Source: Verrucomicrobiota bacterium (GTDB taxonomy: Bacteria; Verrucomicrobiota; Verrucomicrobiia; Limisphaerales; UBA9464). From it: a stretch of 64,000 nucleotides of DNA. This document shows positions 45,639 to 57,093 of this stretch, in pieces (positions within the stretch are counted from its first letter, which is position 1; the number at the start of each line of letters is the position of its first letter). The stretch spans positions 21,810 to 85,809 of the forward strand of contig CANIZL010000009.1 in the NCBI GenBank assembly GCA_947471985.1. The letters are read 5' to 3'. The translations under genes were made by a program, and so were the position numbers. A model generated the notes under the pieces. The model was given only the letters and a program-made list of their open reading frames with translations. It ran no database searches and was not told the origin of the DNA.

Positions 45639-48600
45639 ATGGATAGTTCCAAGTCTGTCTCTTCCAGCACCGTTGCGGCTGCCGCACCGCCCAAACCGTC
45701 GGCCAAGCCGGTCGTGCCTCCCCCACTTGGTACCGCCTTGGCGGCGCGGGGGCGATTGTACCGGCCGATCGACTGGCTGGTTTTCGCCTTGGTCACCTTG
45801 TTCGTGCTGTGTGGTTACCTCTACACGATCGCGCCGGACCTGACCCTGGAGGATTCCGGTGAGTTGGCGGTGGGATCGATGTACGCGGCCGTGCCGCATC
45901 CGCCCGGATATCCGGTGTGGACGGTGTACAGTTGGCTCTTCACCAAGCTGCTGCCGTTTTCCAATATCGCATGGCGGGTGTCCGTTTCCTCGGCGGTGGC
46001 GGCGGCGCTGGCAGCCGGCTTGGTGGGGTTGCTGATTTCGCGGGGAGCGAGCTTGATTCTCGAAGGCCTCGACTTCGGCCGGGAACTCGATCTGGGTGCG
46101 CAGCGTTTGATCAGTATTACCTGCGGTTTCGTCGGCGGAGCATTGCTGGGCTACAACGGCTATATCTGGTCCCAGGGCGTCATCGTTGAGGTTTACACGC
46201 TGGCCGTGCTGAACCTGATGGGCGTGCTGGCGGCCTTGATGCGTTATATGTGGGCCCCGCACCAGCGTTGGTGGCTCCTGCTCGCCTGGTTCCTTTTCGG
46301 CCTCTGCTTCTGCAATCACCAGACCCTGATCGTGGGCGCCATGGGCATTGAGGTTCTGGTGCTGATGGCCGACAAAAAGGTGGGTCGCGACCTGTTCCTG
46401 GGTAACACGATCATCTGGATCCTGATGTTGATCCTGCACTTTGCCGACAAGGTCGGCACGTTCCGGGACAACCCGGCTATTTTCTTCATCTTCAACCTCG
46501 TTGGGGTGGGATCTGCGATCACCGCCGTGGCCTACTCGGTGATGACCGGATCGGCGTTCACCCGATTCCATTGGGTGATTTTCTCGGGGTTCTGCTTTGG
46601 CATCGGGGCACTGTTTTATTTCTACATGCCGATCACCTCGGCCACGAATCCGCCGATGAACTGGGGGTATCCGCGGACTTGGGAGGGATTTGTGCATGCC
46701 TTCACCCGCGGGCAGTACGAGAAAACCACGCCCTCCACCAATCCGCTGATGTTTTTCCAGCAGGTCTGGATGTATCTCGAGGGCTGTCAGGAGGAGTTCA
46801 ACTGGTCCATGTTGCTGGTGGCGCTCGTGCCGTTCTTCTTCTTGAAAGCCATGCGCCCGCGGGAGCGGGGATGGATCATCGGTCTGACGGCGATTTACGT
46901 CTGTCTGGCGTTCCTCCTCCTGTATCTGCTGAACCCGCAAGTGGACAAGCAATCGCGGGAACTGGTGAAAGTGTTCTTCACCACTTCACACGTCTGCATC
47001 GCCCTTTGCGTCGGTTACGGCCTGGCCATTGTCTGCGCCCTGCTGCTCACCCGCTTCCAGCAGTATCGGCTTCCCATCGTCATTGGCGCCGGGGTGGCGC
47101 TCTTCTTCAATATTTACGACGTGATGGAAACGTGGCGGACCAGCCTGTTTCTCATCAACCGGATGGCGGCCGGACTGTCGCTGCTGATGGTCCTCGCCTT
47201 TCTGGCGATCGTCTTCCTGGGGATTTTTCGCCGCCGCAGCCAGGTGGCGTCGCTGGCGCTGTTTGTGCCGCTGTTTTTGGGGATTCCGCTCGACTCGATT
47301 TTGTCGCACTGGTCGGACAACGAGCAACGCGGGCATCTCTTCGGCTTTTGGTTTGGTCACGACATGTTTGAGCCCGGCCGCGACGCCGGGGCGCCGGCGC
47401 CCAAGGGCAAGAATGGCCAGCCGCTGTATGAGCCCATGACCCAGCACTCGGTGCTTTACGGCGGCACGGATCCGGGCCGGTTTTGCCCGACGTACATGGT
47501 ATTTGCCGAATCCTTCACTCCGCCGCAGCATCGCCGGGATCCGGGATTTGACCGCCGCGATGTTTACGTGATCACCCAGAACGCGCTCGCGGATAACACC
47601 TACCTGGATTACATCCGCGCGCACTACAATCGGAGTGCCCAGAACGATCCGATGTTCTTTTACTCCATGCTGAACGATACGCGTTCGGCAGCGCGGGGGA
47701 AGACCAACGCCCTGGCGAGCCTGATGGCGCCGGTGGACAATTTGGTTTGGAATTATGGCCTGGCGGTGGAGGCGGAACGCCGGGCGGGGGAATCCCTGTT
47801 TCGGGCCGATTCCTTCAAGGATTTTGCGGGTTTTCGCACCCGGGTGACGGCGGCGGCGGAGCCATTGAGCGCGTACTTGAAGGGACGTCTGGGGGCCGCG
47901 GTGAGCGGCGAGGCCCCGGCGATGGCCAAGGCGCTGAACGCCCTGCTGGAGGGGCCTTCACTTTTTGATGACCCGAAGCGCTTTGCCGGCGTGAAGTTGA
48001 GTGAGCATGTGCAGCTCTTCGCCGTGCAGAATCCGGCCACCGCCAATCGCATTCGACTCAATCGAATGCTTCTGGAGGAGGCCTATCCGGGGATGATCGT
48101 CACCAGTCCGGGCGGCCTTTACCCGGATCGGGAGATTTTGATCGCCACGCCTGAGGATGCGCGGCGCTGTTTTGAGGATTACACGATGGATGCCCAACGG
48201 CGTTATTCCCTGAATCAACTGCGTCCCGGAGAGGTGCTCAATCAGATGCCGGATGGCCGGGTGTCGGTTTCCGGTCAGACCGCGGTCATGCAGATCAACG
48301 GCCTGATCACCAAGGTCATGTTCGACAAGAATCCGAGTCACGACTTCTACGTGGAAGAATCGTTCCCGCTGGACTGGATGTACCCGCACCTCACTCCGTA
48401 CGGGATCATCATGAAGATCGAACGATCGCCCGTGGCTCAGCTCAGCGATGAGCAGGTCAACCGGGATCACGAATACTGGAGCCAGTACAGCGCCCGGTTC
48501 ATCGGTAATTGGATTACCTACGATACCCCGGTTTCGGAGGTGTGCTCGTTCGCCACGAACGTGTATCAACTGCGTAACCAGGACGTGATCGCGAAGTACG

Positions 48601-49430
48601 GGGCGGATCCCAAATTCGTCCGCGACGACAATGCGCAGAAGGCCTTCAGCAAGCTGCGCAATGCGATCGGCAAATCGATCTACTACTGGCGCGGTGCCGT
48701 CAGCCCCGCCGCCAACTCGCCCAAGATGATCAAGGAGGCGGATTTCGCGATGAAGCAGGCGTTCGCGTTCTGTCCGTACAGTCCGGAGACGGTGTTCAAC
48801 TACGCCTCGCTGCTGGCCTCGACGGGCCGGTACGCCGATGCACTCATGGTGGTGGAGGCGTGTTCCTCCTTCGATCCCAACAATGGCGGCATTGCCGATC
48901 TGCTGCGGCAACTGCGGTCCTTGGCGGGCAATCCCGCCGCCGCCATGCGCGGAGCTCCGGCTCCGGCGGCTACGGGCGCGGCTGTGGACGCCCCTCCGGC
49001 CTCGCCGGCGGAGATTGCCGAGATTGCCTCCAACCTGACCAACGCCTTCACCACGGCGAGTCTTTGGCTGCAAAGCGGTCGCTCCAACGAAGCCCTACAG
49101 TTGCTGGATGCGGTGTTGGCGGCTCCCCAGGCGGACACACGCGCGATCCTGTCCGTCGCCACCGCGTATCAGCAGTTGCTGCGTTTCGACAAGATGGAGC
49201 CCGCACTACTGCGGTATGTCGAACTTTCCCCGGTATTGCCCGAGGCGTGGTATGACCTCGCCGCCATTCAGGCCCTGCAGGGTAAGAGCGCCCCGGCGCA
49301 AACGTCGCTGAGTAAGGCGGTCACGCTGAGTGATGCCCGGCGGAAAATTTCTCCGACGGCCAAGGATCTTCGGGCCGAATGGGAAAAGGACGCCCGCTTC
49401 GACGCCATTCGCACCAAGTTGAAGCTGTAG
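45639..49430 (+). CDS. DUF2723 / TMEM260-like GT-C glycosyltransferase with C-terminal TPR-like region
   Basis: APDLTLEDSGEL..VPHPPGYP, EVYTL, NHQT, PPMNWG, GGTDPGRF, RRDVYVITQNALAD; about 13 TM; helical repeats at the C-terminus. Confidence 0.85.
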   Translation: MDSSKSVSSSTVAAAAPPKPSAKPVVPPPLGTALAARGRLYRPIDWLVFALVTLFVLCGYLYTIAPDLTLEDSGELAVGSMYAAVPHPPGYPVWTVYSWLFTKLLPFSNIAWRVSVSSAVAAALAAGLVGLLISRGASLILEGLDFGRELDLGAQRLISITCGFVGGALLGYNGYIWSQGVIVEVYTLAVLNLMGVLAALMRYMWAPHQRWWLLLAWFLFGLCFCNHQTLIVGAMGIEVLVLMADKKVGRDLFLGNTIIWILMLILHFADKVGTFRDNPAIFFIFNLVGVGSAITAVAYSVMTGSAFTRFHWVIFSGFCFGIGALFYFYMPITSATNPPMNWGYPRTWEGFVHAFTRGQYEKTTPSTNPLMFFQQVWMYLEGCQEEFNWSMLLVALVPFFFLKAMRPRERGWIIGLTAIYVCLAFLLLYLLNPQVDKQSRELVKVFFTTSHVCIALCVGYGLAIVCALLLTRFQQYRLPIVIGAGVALFFNIYDVMETWRTSLFLINRMAAGLSLLMVLAFLAIVFLGIFRRRSQVASLALFVPLFLGIPLDSILSHWSDNEQRGHLFGFWFGHDMFEPGRDAGAPAPKGKNGQPLYEPMTQHSVLYGGTDPGRFCPTYMVFAESFTPPQHRRDPGFDRRDVYVITQNALADNTYLDYIRAHYNRSAQNDPMFFYSMLNDTRSAARGKTNALASLMAPVDNLVWNYGLAVEAERRAGESLFRADSFKDFAGFRTRVTAAAEPLSAYLKGRLGAAVSGEAPAMAKALNALLEGPSLFDDPKRFAGVKLSEHVQLFAVQNPATANRIRLNRMLLEEAYPGMIVTSPGGLYPDREILIATPEDARRCFEDYTMDAQRRYSLNQLRPGEVLNQMPDGRVSVSGQTAVMQINGLITKVMFDKNPSHDFYVEESFPLDWMYPHLTPYGIIMKIERSPVAQLSDEQVNRDHEYWSQYSARFIGNWITYDTPVSEVCSFATNVYQLRNQDVIAKYGADPKFVRDDNAQKAFSKLRNAIGKSIYYWRGAVSPAANSPKMIKEADFAMKQAFAFCPYSPETVFNYASLLASTGRYADALMVVEACSSFDPNNGGIADLLRQLRSLAGNPAAAMRGAPAPAATGAAVDAPPASPAEIAEIASNLTNAFTTASLWLQSGRSNEALQLLDAVLAAPQADTRAILSVATAYQQLLRFDKMEPALLRYVELSPVLPEAWYDLAAIQALQGKSAPAQTSLSKAVTLSDARRKISPTAKDLRAEWEKDARFDAIRTKLKL

Positions 49431-49680
49431 GTTGTCGGTGGCCGGTGCGGTGGTTGAGGTAACGCGGGTAGCACCGGCTGGACGCCGATTGCGTGGAATT
49501 GGGATTCGACGGGTCACCGCCTTTTACGGCGGTGGCGCCGGAGGCGAACGGGAGCGGCGATGCTAGCCGTGGCGGATTCTACCAACGCCGGGGTGTCCCG
49601 CCGGGGAAACTGTTCGGATTGGCCGAGGAATCGCCGGCTCCGTCCCTGTCCCGGTAGCGGGCATCAAACCTCAAAACGCG

Positions 49681-49718
49681 GCCGGAACATCGGCGGGATG
49701 GACCGCGGATGTTCCGGT
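49681..49718. terminator. Long hairpin between convergent DUF2723 gene and purA
   Basis: CCGGAACATC/GATGTTCCGG 10-bp stem plus inner GCGG/CCGC stem; a second hairpin CACCGCC/GGCGGTG at 49515-49534. Confidence 0.45.
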
Positions 49719-49763
49719 GGCAAGACAAGCTGCGGAGAACCGTTTGGACGGCCCGCGCAGATT

Positions 49764-51144
<1,381 letters not shown>

Positions 51145-51297
51145 CTAGGGGTCGGTCGCGGGCCGTCAATGCCGGGACCGATGCGCGACACGGCCGATTT
51201 TTTTGACGCCGGGATGGGGGCCGGGGCGGGCGTCGGGCGGGGGAACGAGCCCTCGGGGCGTTGGATTCGGGTCGAGAGTCGTGAGCGGATTGAAGGT

Positions 51298-52110
51298 TCA
51301 CCAGAGCCCGAACGCACCGTCCTCGCCCCAGATTTGCGAGGCCCGGTAGGTGTGCATTTGCTGGACGCTTCTCCAACTGGCAGAGGCATCCAGCAGTCCG
51401 ACATGCCCGCCTTGGGCCCCGATGAATTGGGGGGAGTTTTGGAACTCCCGGGGCAAATCGTAGTAGGTCCGGCCTTCGCGAACGGCGGGTCCGCGGGCGG
51501 TGTGCGGGGCCATCATACGGCCAAAACTGGCGCAATAGAGATTGAGGTCGGCCAGCAAGGGCAGGGTGGGGTCGTCGCTGGCTTTTTGCGGGGAGACCCA
51601 GGTGTTGGTGACGCCGTCCGCGGCGGTCCAGGGGGTGCCGGAGTGGCCGCCCAGGTAGTGGTAGCCGATCGCGATGCCGTAGGAATCATGGTTCCGCCAA
51701 CCGGTCTTGCGCTCCATCCAGCGATACAGGTTGGGGCAATCCAACGACTTCAAAGTGCCCGCGTACTGCAGCAGGTTCGTCCGGGTGCGACTGGAGAGGA
51801 CGGGTGTGTGGGTGTCCTTGAGATTGGAATTATCGGTCTCGGGACGCGGTAGGAACTGGTTGTTATCGGCGGCGTACAGGTGAGTGGCGAGCAGGAATTG
51901 TCGCTCGTTATTCAGGCACTGGGCGCGACGGGCCCGTTCGTGGCTGCCGGCCAGCGTCGGCAACAGCAGTGCGGCGAGCAGTCCGATCACCGCCAATACG
52001 ACCAGCAACTCCACGAGCGTCATCCCGCGCGGAGGCGGGAATTGCGGGGGGATAGGTTGGAGGCGCATTGCCGGAAGGATTCCCGACAGACTACGCGGAA
52101 TTTCGTTCAC
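51298..52110 (-). CDS. Prepilin-type N-terminal cleavage/methylation domain protein (PVC expanded pseudopilin-like family)
   Basis: G|MTLVELLVVLAVIGLLAALLLP with Glu5; AQCLNNERQ; C-terminal GGHVGLLDAS. Confidence 0.9.
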   Translation of the reverse strand: MNEIPRSLSGILPAMRLQPIPPQFPPPRGMTLVELLVVLAVIGLLAALLLPTLAGSHERARRAQCLNNERQFLLATHLYAADNNQFLPRPETDNSNLKDTHTPVLSSRTRTNLLQYAGTLKSLDCPNLYRWMERKTGWRNHDSYGIAIGYHYLGGHSGTPWTAADGVTNTWVSPQKASDDPTLPLLADLNLYCASFGRMMAPHTARGPAVREGRTYYDLPREFQNSPQFIGAQGGHVGLLDASASWRSVQQMHTYRASQIWGEDGAFGLW

Positions 52111-52176
52111 GCCAAGGAGCGGGAATTCCGCGGTGGTCTTTGCGGCTGGCGATGGCCGCTGGAGCCCGGGCTTGAT

Positions 52177-54210
52177 TCACAAAATTCGGAGGCGAAAGAA
52201 GCGGGATGGGGCGTCCGTGATGGGGAACGAAATTGCCATCTTCTGCGCGGTGCCGGGGAGGGGATTTCCGATGGCCGTCCACCGGGTGAGGTTGGTGGAG
52301 GCTTCAACCTGGTAGGCGAATCCCACGGTGGACTGAAAGCTGCCCAAAGCGGTGGCGGGGGTAAGTGAATCCAGATGAAACTGAGGGTCCGCCGCGGCCA
52401 CAAGATCCAGGCTGGTGGCGGTGTAGCGGGGGACCCATTGGATTCCGGGTGCCGCCAATCCGGTGAACTCCGTAAATGCGGCGGTACGGCCCGGAGTATA
52501 GCGAACCAACGAAATGGCCTGTCCGACGCTCGGCACGAATCCGTTGGCAAAGTTCGCGGCAATTGTGCCGGCCAAAGGAAAGGCGCCGCCGAGCGCAGTG
52601 AGGATCAGCTGGGGATGGTCGGTTCCGGGGAGGGGGCCGTTGATGGGAAATTCCAGCCGGGCGGATGGTTCCAGAAAAATCGAATCCTCACTCCGGATCA
52701 ACGTGAGGTTTCCCGGATTGAGCCCGGGTCGCAGGATGCAGGCCAAATGTACCGGACTGGAGCTGGAGACCCCTCGGAGGGTGCCGCTGCCGGAGATTAC
52801 CCCGCCGGTAAACTGGGCGCCCGATCCCTGAAACCGGGCTTCCGCCCCCGCGGCCACGCGGAGTTCCCCCGCGGTTTGCGTCAGGCCTTGGAAGCGGAGC
52901 AGGCCGGCCTGAAGGTCGATGAGGCCACGGTTTTCGCAGCGGTTGGCGAGGGGTTGATCATGGTTCAAATTGGAGTTTTGAAGCTTGCGCAGGACCCCTT
53001 GATTCTTCACCAGCCGTGGCCCGAGCCCCCCCGTCGACGTCAGTTCAATGAGCCCGTCGTTGAGGTTTTCCACGGTGAAGACGACCGTGCTGCCGAGGGG
53101 TGTGCGAGGACCGTCTCCCATTTCTTGTCGGACCACTCCGGCGTTCCGGACATTGCGCCCCAGAATTGCGCCGTTTTGATTGGAGACCAAGCGAAGCGTG
53201 GCGGATGCCAGGAGGTTTACCGCGGCCGGTGGCGCGGCCGGGTCTGCGGGGCCCAGCAGGGCTCCACCGTTAAGGAGGAGCAGTCCCGACACCGTGAGGT
53301 CACCGCCGCCGTCAATCACTCCACTCGCGGGGAGTTCGACGTTTTCCATGGTGACGGCGCCCGTCAATGTGGCATGTCGGATCAGCGCCCGGCCGGGGCC
53401 GGTGATCCGGCTTCCGGATTGCAGTTCCGAGGCCGCGCCGTTGATCTCCACAATGGCGTCGGCGGCGGAGACGACGATGGGACGATCGCAAACGAAGCGT
53501 CCCGGCGACGGATTGGGGAATCCCAGTTGCAGCGTGCCGCCCTTACATTCCACCACTCCGGCGGCGGATTGGAGCAAGGTTACGCCGGCAATTTGCGCGA
53601 TGCCTGGACCCGCCAATTTCACCAGCACGCCAGCGCTTTGGATGCTGCCTCCGGCTGAGCTGCCGATGACTGAGCCGTCGCGCAACTCGATTCTTCCGGT
53701 CAGGGGATCATTGATCAGTACGCTGGGAGGTTCTCCGGCCAGGGCGCCCAGACCGACCGCCAAGGGGGCGAAGGTGCCGCGATTGATGACCGTACAACTG
53801 TCGAATCCGTTGAGACCTGCGGCGCTGGAGGTGGCGGTGGCCTGGTCCAGGATCGTTACCGAGCAGGCCCGGAAGGCACCCCCGGACAGGGCCAAACTTT
53901 CGGTCACCGAGAGGAATCCGCCGGTGACACTGCCGGTGAGGATCAGGCTTTTGACGGTGTTACCCGGATTGGTGACTTCGTTGCCGGGTATCACGACCCG
54001 GTCATCCGGTCCGGTTCCGGGCACGCGGCTGGCCGGTTCGCCGTTCAATTCCCAGTTGCGAGGTTTCTGCCAGTTTCGGGGTTCATTGGGGTCCTTCCCA
54101 GTGAATTTGAACAGCGGATCCTGGGGGTGGGCGATGGCCCCCAGGAGGAGGGCCGCGAACAGGCTCCAGCGGACCCAAGCGGGAACCGGCGCGATGTGGG
54201 TTTTCATCAT
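52177..54210 (-). CDS. Secreted beta-helix/passenger-like protein with small C-terminal domain
   Basis: Signal peptide; Gly-rich beta repeats (TQTAGELRV, ILRPGLNPGNL, GTDHPQL); C-terminal YQVEASTNLTRW...SRFFRLRIL. Confidence 0.75.
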   Translation of the reverse strand: MMKTHIAPVPAWVRWSLFAALLLGAIAHPQDPLFKFTGKDPNEPRNWQKPRNWELNGEPASRVPGTGPDDRVVIPGNEVTNPGNTVKSLILTGSVTGGFLSVTESLALSGGAFRACSVTILDQATATSSAAGLNGFDSCTVINRGTFAPLAVGLGALAGEPPSVLINDPLTGRIELRDGSVIGSSAGGSIQSAGVLVKLAGPGIAQIAGVTLLQSAAGVVECKGGTLQLGFPNPSPGRFVCDRPIVVSAADAIVEINGAASELQSGSRITGPGRALIRHATLTGAVTMENVELPASGVIDGGGDLTVSGLLLLNGGALLGPADPAAPPAAVNLLASATLRLVSNQNGAILGRNVRNAGVVRQEMGDGPRTPLGSTVVFTVENLNDGLIELTSTGGLGPRLVKNQGVLRKLQNSNLNHDQPLANRCENRGLIDLQAGLLRFQGLTQTAGELRVAAGAEARFQGSGAQFTGGVISGSGTLRGVSSSSPVHLACILRPGLNPGNLTLIRSEDSIFLEPSARLEFPINGPLPGTDHPQLILTALGGAFPLAGTIAANFANGFVPSVGQAISLVRYTPGRTAAFTEFTGLAAPGIQWVPRYTATSLDLVAAADPQFHLDSLTPATALGSFQSTVGFAYQVEASTNLTRWTAIGNPLPGTAQKMAISFPITDAPSRFFRLRIL

Positions 54211-54439
54211 AAAGGAATCGGTGGTGTTATCCGGTGGTTTTCGTAACGGACCTCTTGGTCAGGACGCCGTCGATGTTCCTCCTCCCCGTGCGCCAAAGGC
54301 CTCGAGAGGTACTTATCCCCAAATTTACGCGCCCTGTCGATGCCAAAAGACGCCCGGTTTTGCCGGTTTCCTTTGATGATCGCGGATCATTTCCAGCGGG
54401 ACGGAACTTTTCTCGCGGACGCAGGGGCAGGCCCCAAAC

Positions 54440-56185
54440 TTGCGGGATATGAGTTGGCTTCCGTTTGGTGAACTTCCCCCGCACACTCCGCGCCGTTTTG
54501 TGCCGGTGGGCCTGCAATTGGGTGATCCGGCGGCGGTCCTGCCGCTGTTCGATCAATTGGAGACGCGGTTGGCGGCCGTGGATTCGCTGGCGTCGCTGGA
54601 GGTCTGGTTGATCGACGCCGGGGAAGTGCGGGCGGGCATCGATGAAGAGCGGGCTCGTCGGTATATTGCGATGACCTGTCACACCGATGATGCGGAGGCG
54701 GAGAAGGCCTACCTGAGTTTGGTGGAACAGCTGGATCCGGCACTGAAACCCCGGATTTTTCAACTGGCCCAAAATTTCCTCGCGAATCCCTGGCGGGCCC
54801 ATCTGCCGGCGGAACGGTACGGGGTTTATGACCGTAACACGGCTCTGAAAGTGGAGCTGTTCCGTGAGGAAAATGTGGCTTTGGAGACGGACGACGAGCG
54901 GCTGCAACAGCAGTACCAAAAGTTGATTGGAGCCCAGACGGTGAGTTTCCGCGGTGAGGAAAAGACACTGGTGCAGATGGGGCGTTTGCAGGAAGAGCCG
55001 GATCGGACGGTGCGCGAAGAGGGCTGGCGACTGGTCGCGGCCCGGCGCTGTGCGGATGCCGAGGCGTGCGAGGTGAATTTTGAGCAATTGCTGGAACTGC
55101 GTCACCGGCAGGCGCGGAATGCCGGGTTCGCGAATTATCGCGATTACGCGTTCAAGCTGCGCGGGCGCTTTGACTATGGTCCGGCGGAGTGCCTCGCCTT
55201 CCATGACGCCATCGCTGCCGAGGTCGTTCCGTTGTTGCGGCGGCTTCAGGCGCGGCGGCGGAATCGGATGGGGGTGGCCTCGTTGCGCCCGTGGGATCTG
55301 GCGGTCGATCCGCTGAATCGCCCCCCGCTGCGGCCTTTTCAGGATCCGGCGGAGTTGGAGGAGAAATCGCAACGGATCTTTGATCGCCTGAGTCCGGATT
55401 TGGCGGCGGATTTTCGCATTCTGCGGCAGCAACGATTACTGGATCTCGCCAATCGAAAGGGCAAGGCGCCGGGTGGTTACCAATACACCCTGAGCGAGGC
55501 GCGGTTGCCGTTTATTTTCATGAATGCCGTGGGCCTGCAGCGGGACGTGGAAACGCTCCTGCACGAGGCGGGGCACGCGTTTCATGCCCTGGCGGCACGC
55601 GAGGAACCCCTCGATGCCTACCGGGATGCGCCGATCGAATTCTGTGAGGTGGCGTCGATGGCCATGGAGTTGTTGTCGGCCGGGTATCTGGAGGAGTTTT
55701 ATGCCCCGGACGACGCCCATCGGGCGCGGACGGTGCATTTGGAAGGCATCGTGGATGTGTTTCCGTGGATTGCGACCATCGATGCCTTTCAGCACTGGTT
55801 GTACACGCACCCCGGTCACTCACGGTCGGAGCGCCGGCAGGCCTGGCTGGAGCTGCGCGCCCGGTTTGGGGGCGACGTCGACTGGAGGGGCATCGAGGAG
55901 GCGCAGGCAATTTTGTGGCACAAGCAGTCGCACCTGTTTCTCAACCCCTTTTATTACGTGGAATATGGGATTGCCCAGATGGGGGCCCTGCAGATCTGGG
56001 CCAATGCGCGACGGGATCAACCGACGGCGTTGGCGGCGTATCGACGCGGCTTGGCGCTGGGGGGATCGCGTCCGCTGCCGGAGCTGTTTGCCGCGGCGGG
56101 CTGCCGCTTTGACTTCTCGTCCACGGCGCTGCGGCCCTTGGTGGCGCTGGTCGAGTCTGAACTTTTTCACAGCAGCGAGGTCTGA
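54440..56185 (+). CDS. M3 family oligoendopeptidase (PepF-like)
   Basis: RKGKAPGGY, FIFMN, LLHEAGHAFH (HExxH), EVASMAMEL, FYYVEY. Start may be 54449. Confidence 0.92.
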   Translation: MRDMSWLPFGELPPHTPRRFVPVGLQLGDPAAVLPLFDQLETRLAAVDSLASLEVWLIDAGEVRAGIDEERARRYIAMTCHTDDAEAEKAYLSLVEQLDPALKPRIFQLAQNFLANPWRAHLPAERYGVYDRNTALKVELFREENVALETDDERLQQQYQKLIGAQTVSFRGEEKTLVQMGRLQEEPDRTVREEGWRLVAARRCADAEACEVNFEQLLELRHRQARNAGFANYRDYAFKLRGRFDYGPAECLAFHDAIAAEVVPLLRRLQARRRNRMGVASLRPWDLAVDPLNRPPLRPFQDPAELEEKSQRIFDRLSPDLAADFRILRQQRLLDLANRKGKAPGGYQYTLSEARLPFIFMNAVGLQRDVETLLHEAGHAFHALAAREEPLDAYRDAPIEFCEVASMAMELLSAGYLEEFYAPDDAHRARTVHLEGIVDVFPWIATIDAFQHWLYTHPGHSRSERRQAWLELRARFGGDVDWRGIEEAQAILWHKQSHLFLNPFYYVEYGIAQMGALQIWANARRDQPTALAAYRRGLALGGSRPLPELFAAAGCRFDFSSTALRPLVALVESELFHSSEV

Positions 56186-56201
56186 TAGAGTTCTGAAGAC
56201 T

Positions 56202-56927
56202 ATGGCCAACGTACTTCCACCCTCGGAGGCCGCCCCGGGGGTGGTGCCGGCACCGGCTGCGGGCGAGATCGTTCAACTGGATCGCGAAGCGACCATGGTG
56301 CTGGTGATCCTGAATGCCGCCGTGTTCTTTGCCGAGCAGATGATGCAGCCGATGCTGCTCGCGCAATTTCAGCATCGGTATCAGTTGAGTCTGGAAGGGA
56401 TTCGGGCCGGGGCGTGGTGGCAGTTGTTATCGTACCAATTCCTGCACGGCGGCTGGTGGCATCTCGCCTTCAATCTGCTGTTTCTACATTCCCTGGGCCC
56501 GGTGCTGGAAGGCACCTTTGGGCGTTGGCGTTTCCTCCTGCTGTATCTGGGCTCCGGCGTGATGGGGGGACTGGTGCACCTGGCGGGGGCGATGCTGTCG
56601 CCAAACCATTTTTCGCATTCGGTCGTGGGGGCATCGGCGGGACTGTGCGGTCTGCTGGCGGCCTTGGGGGCCATTTATGCCGAGGTGCGATTGCCGTTGT
56701 TGCTCTTCTTTATTTTTCCCATGCGGGTCAAGGCCAAGTGGGTGCTGGCCGGATTCGCTCTGCTGACGGTGGTGGGCACGTTGGTGCCGATCGGGCGGGT
56801 GGCGCACCTGTCGCATCTCGGTGGGCTTTTGGGCGGCCTGTGCGCCGTGAATCTGCTCCGGTCGGAACGATTGGAGCTGCTGACGGCGGCCGAGGTGCGC
56901 CAACCGCCCGGAGCCGGCGCGAGTTGA
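56202..56927 (+). CDS. Rhomboid family intramembrane serine protease
   Basis: WWQLLSYQFLHGGWWHLAFN, VGASAG (catalytic Ser), AHLSHLGG (catalytic His). Confidence 0.92.
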   Translation: MANVLPPSEAAPGVVPAPAAGEIVQLDREATMVLVILNAAVFFAEQMMQPMLLAQFQHRYQLSLEGIRAGAWWQLLSYQFLHGGWWHLAFNLLFLHSLGPVLEGTFGRWRFLLLYLGSGVMGGLVHLAGAMLSPNHFSHSVVGASAGLCGLLAALGAIYAEVRLPLLLFFIFPMRVKAKWVLAGFALLTVVGTLVPIGRVAHLSHLGGLLGGLCAVNLLRSERLELLTAAEVRQPPGAGAS

Positions 56928-57093
56928 AGGGGCGTCGCTCTGGCCGACCGGGGCTGGCGGAGGGGCCGGAGGGGCCGGAAGGGCGGTGGCGGGCGGTGGC
57001 GAGCGGCCTTTTGGGAAATTCCCGCGGCGATCTCACTTGGCGGCGGCCGAGTTAGGAGAGATTGTCCGGCCAAGTTTTCATCTCATAGCCACC

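Noticed and set aside
56950-57005. G-rich repeats (GGAGGGGCC x2, GGTGGCG x2), possible G-quadruplex
   Set aside because: Short and degenerate in a high-GC genome; no supporting context.
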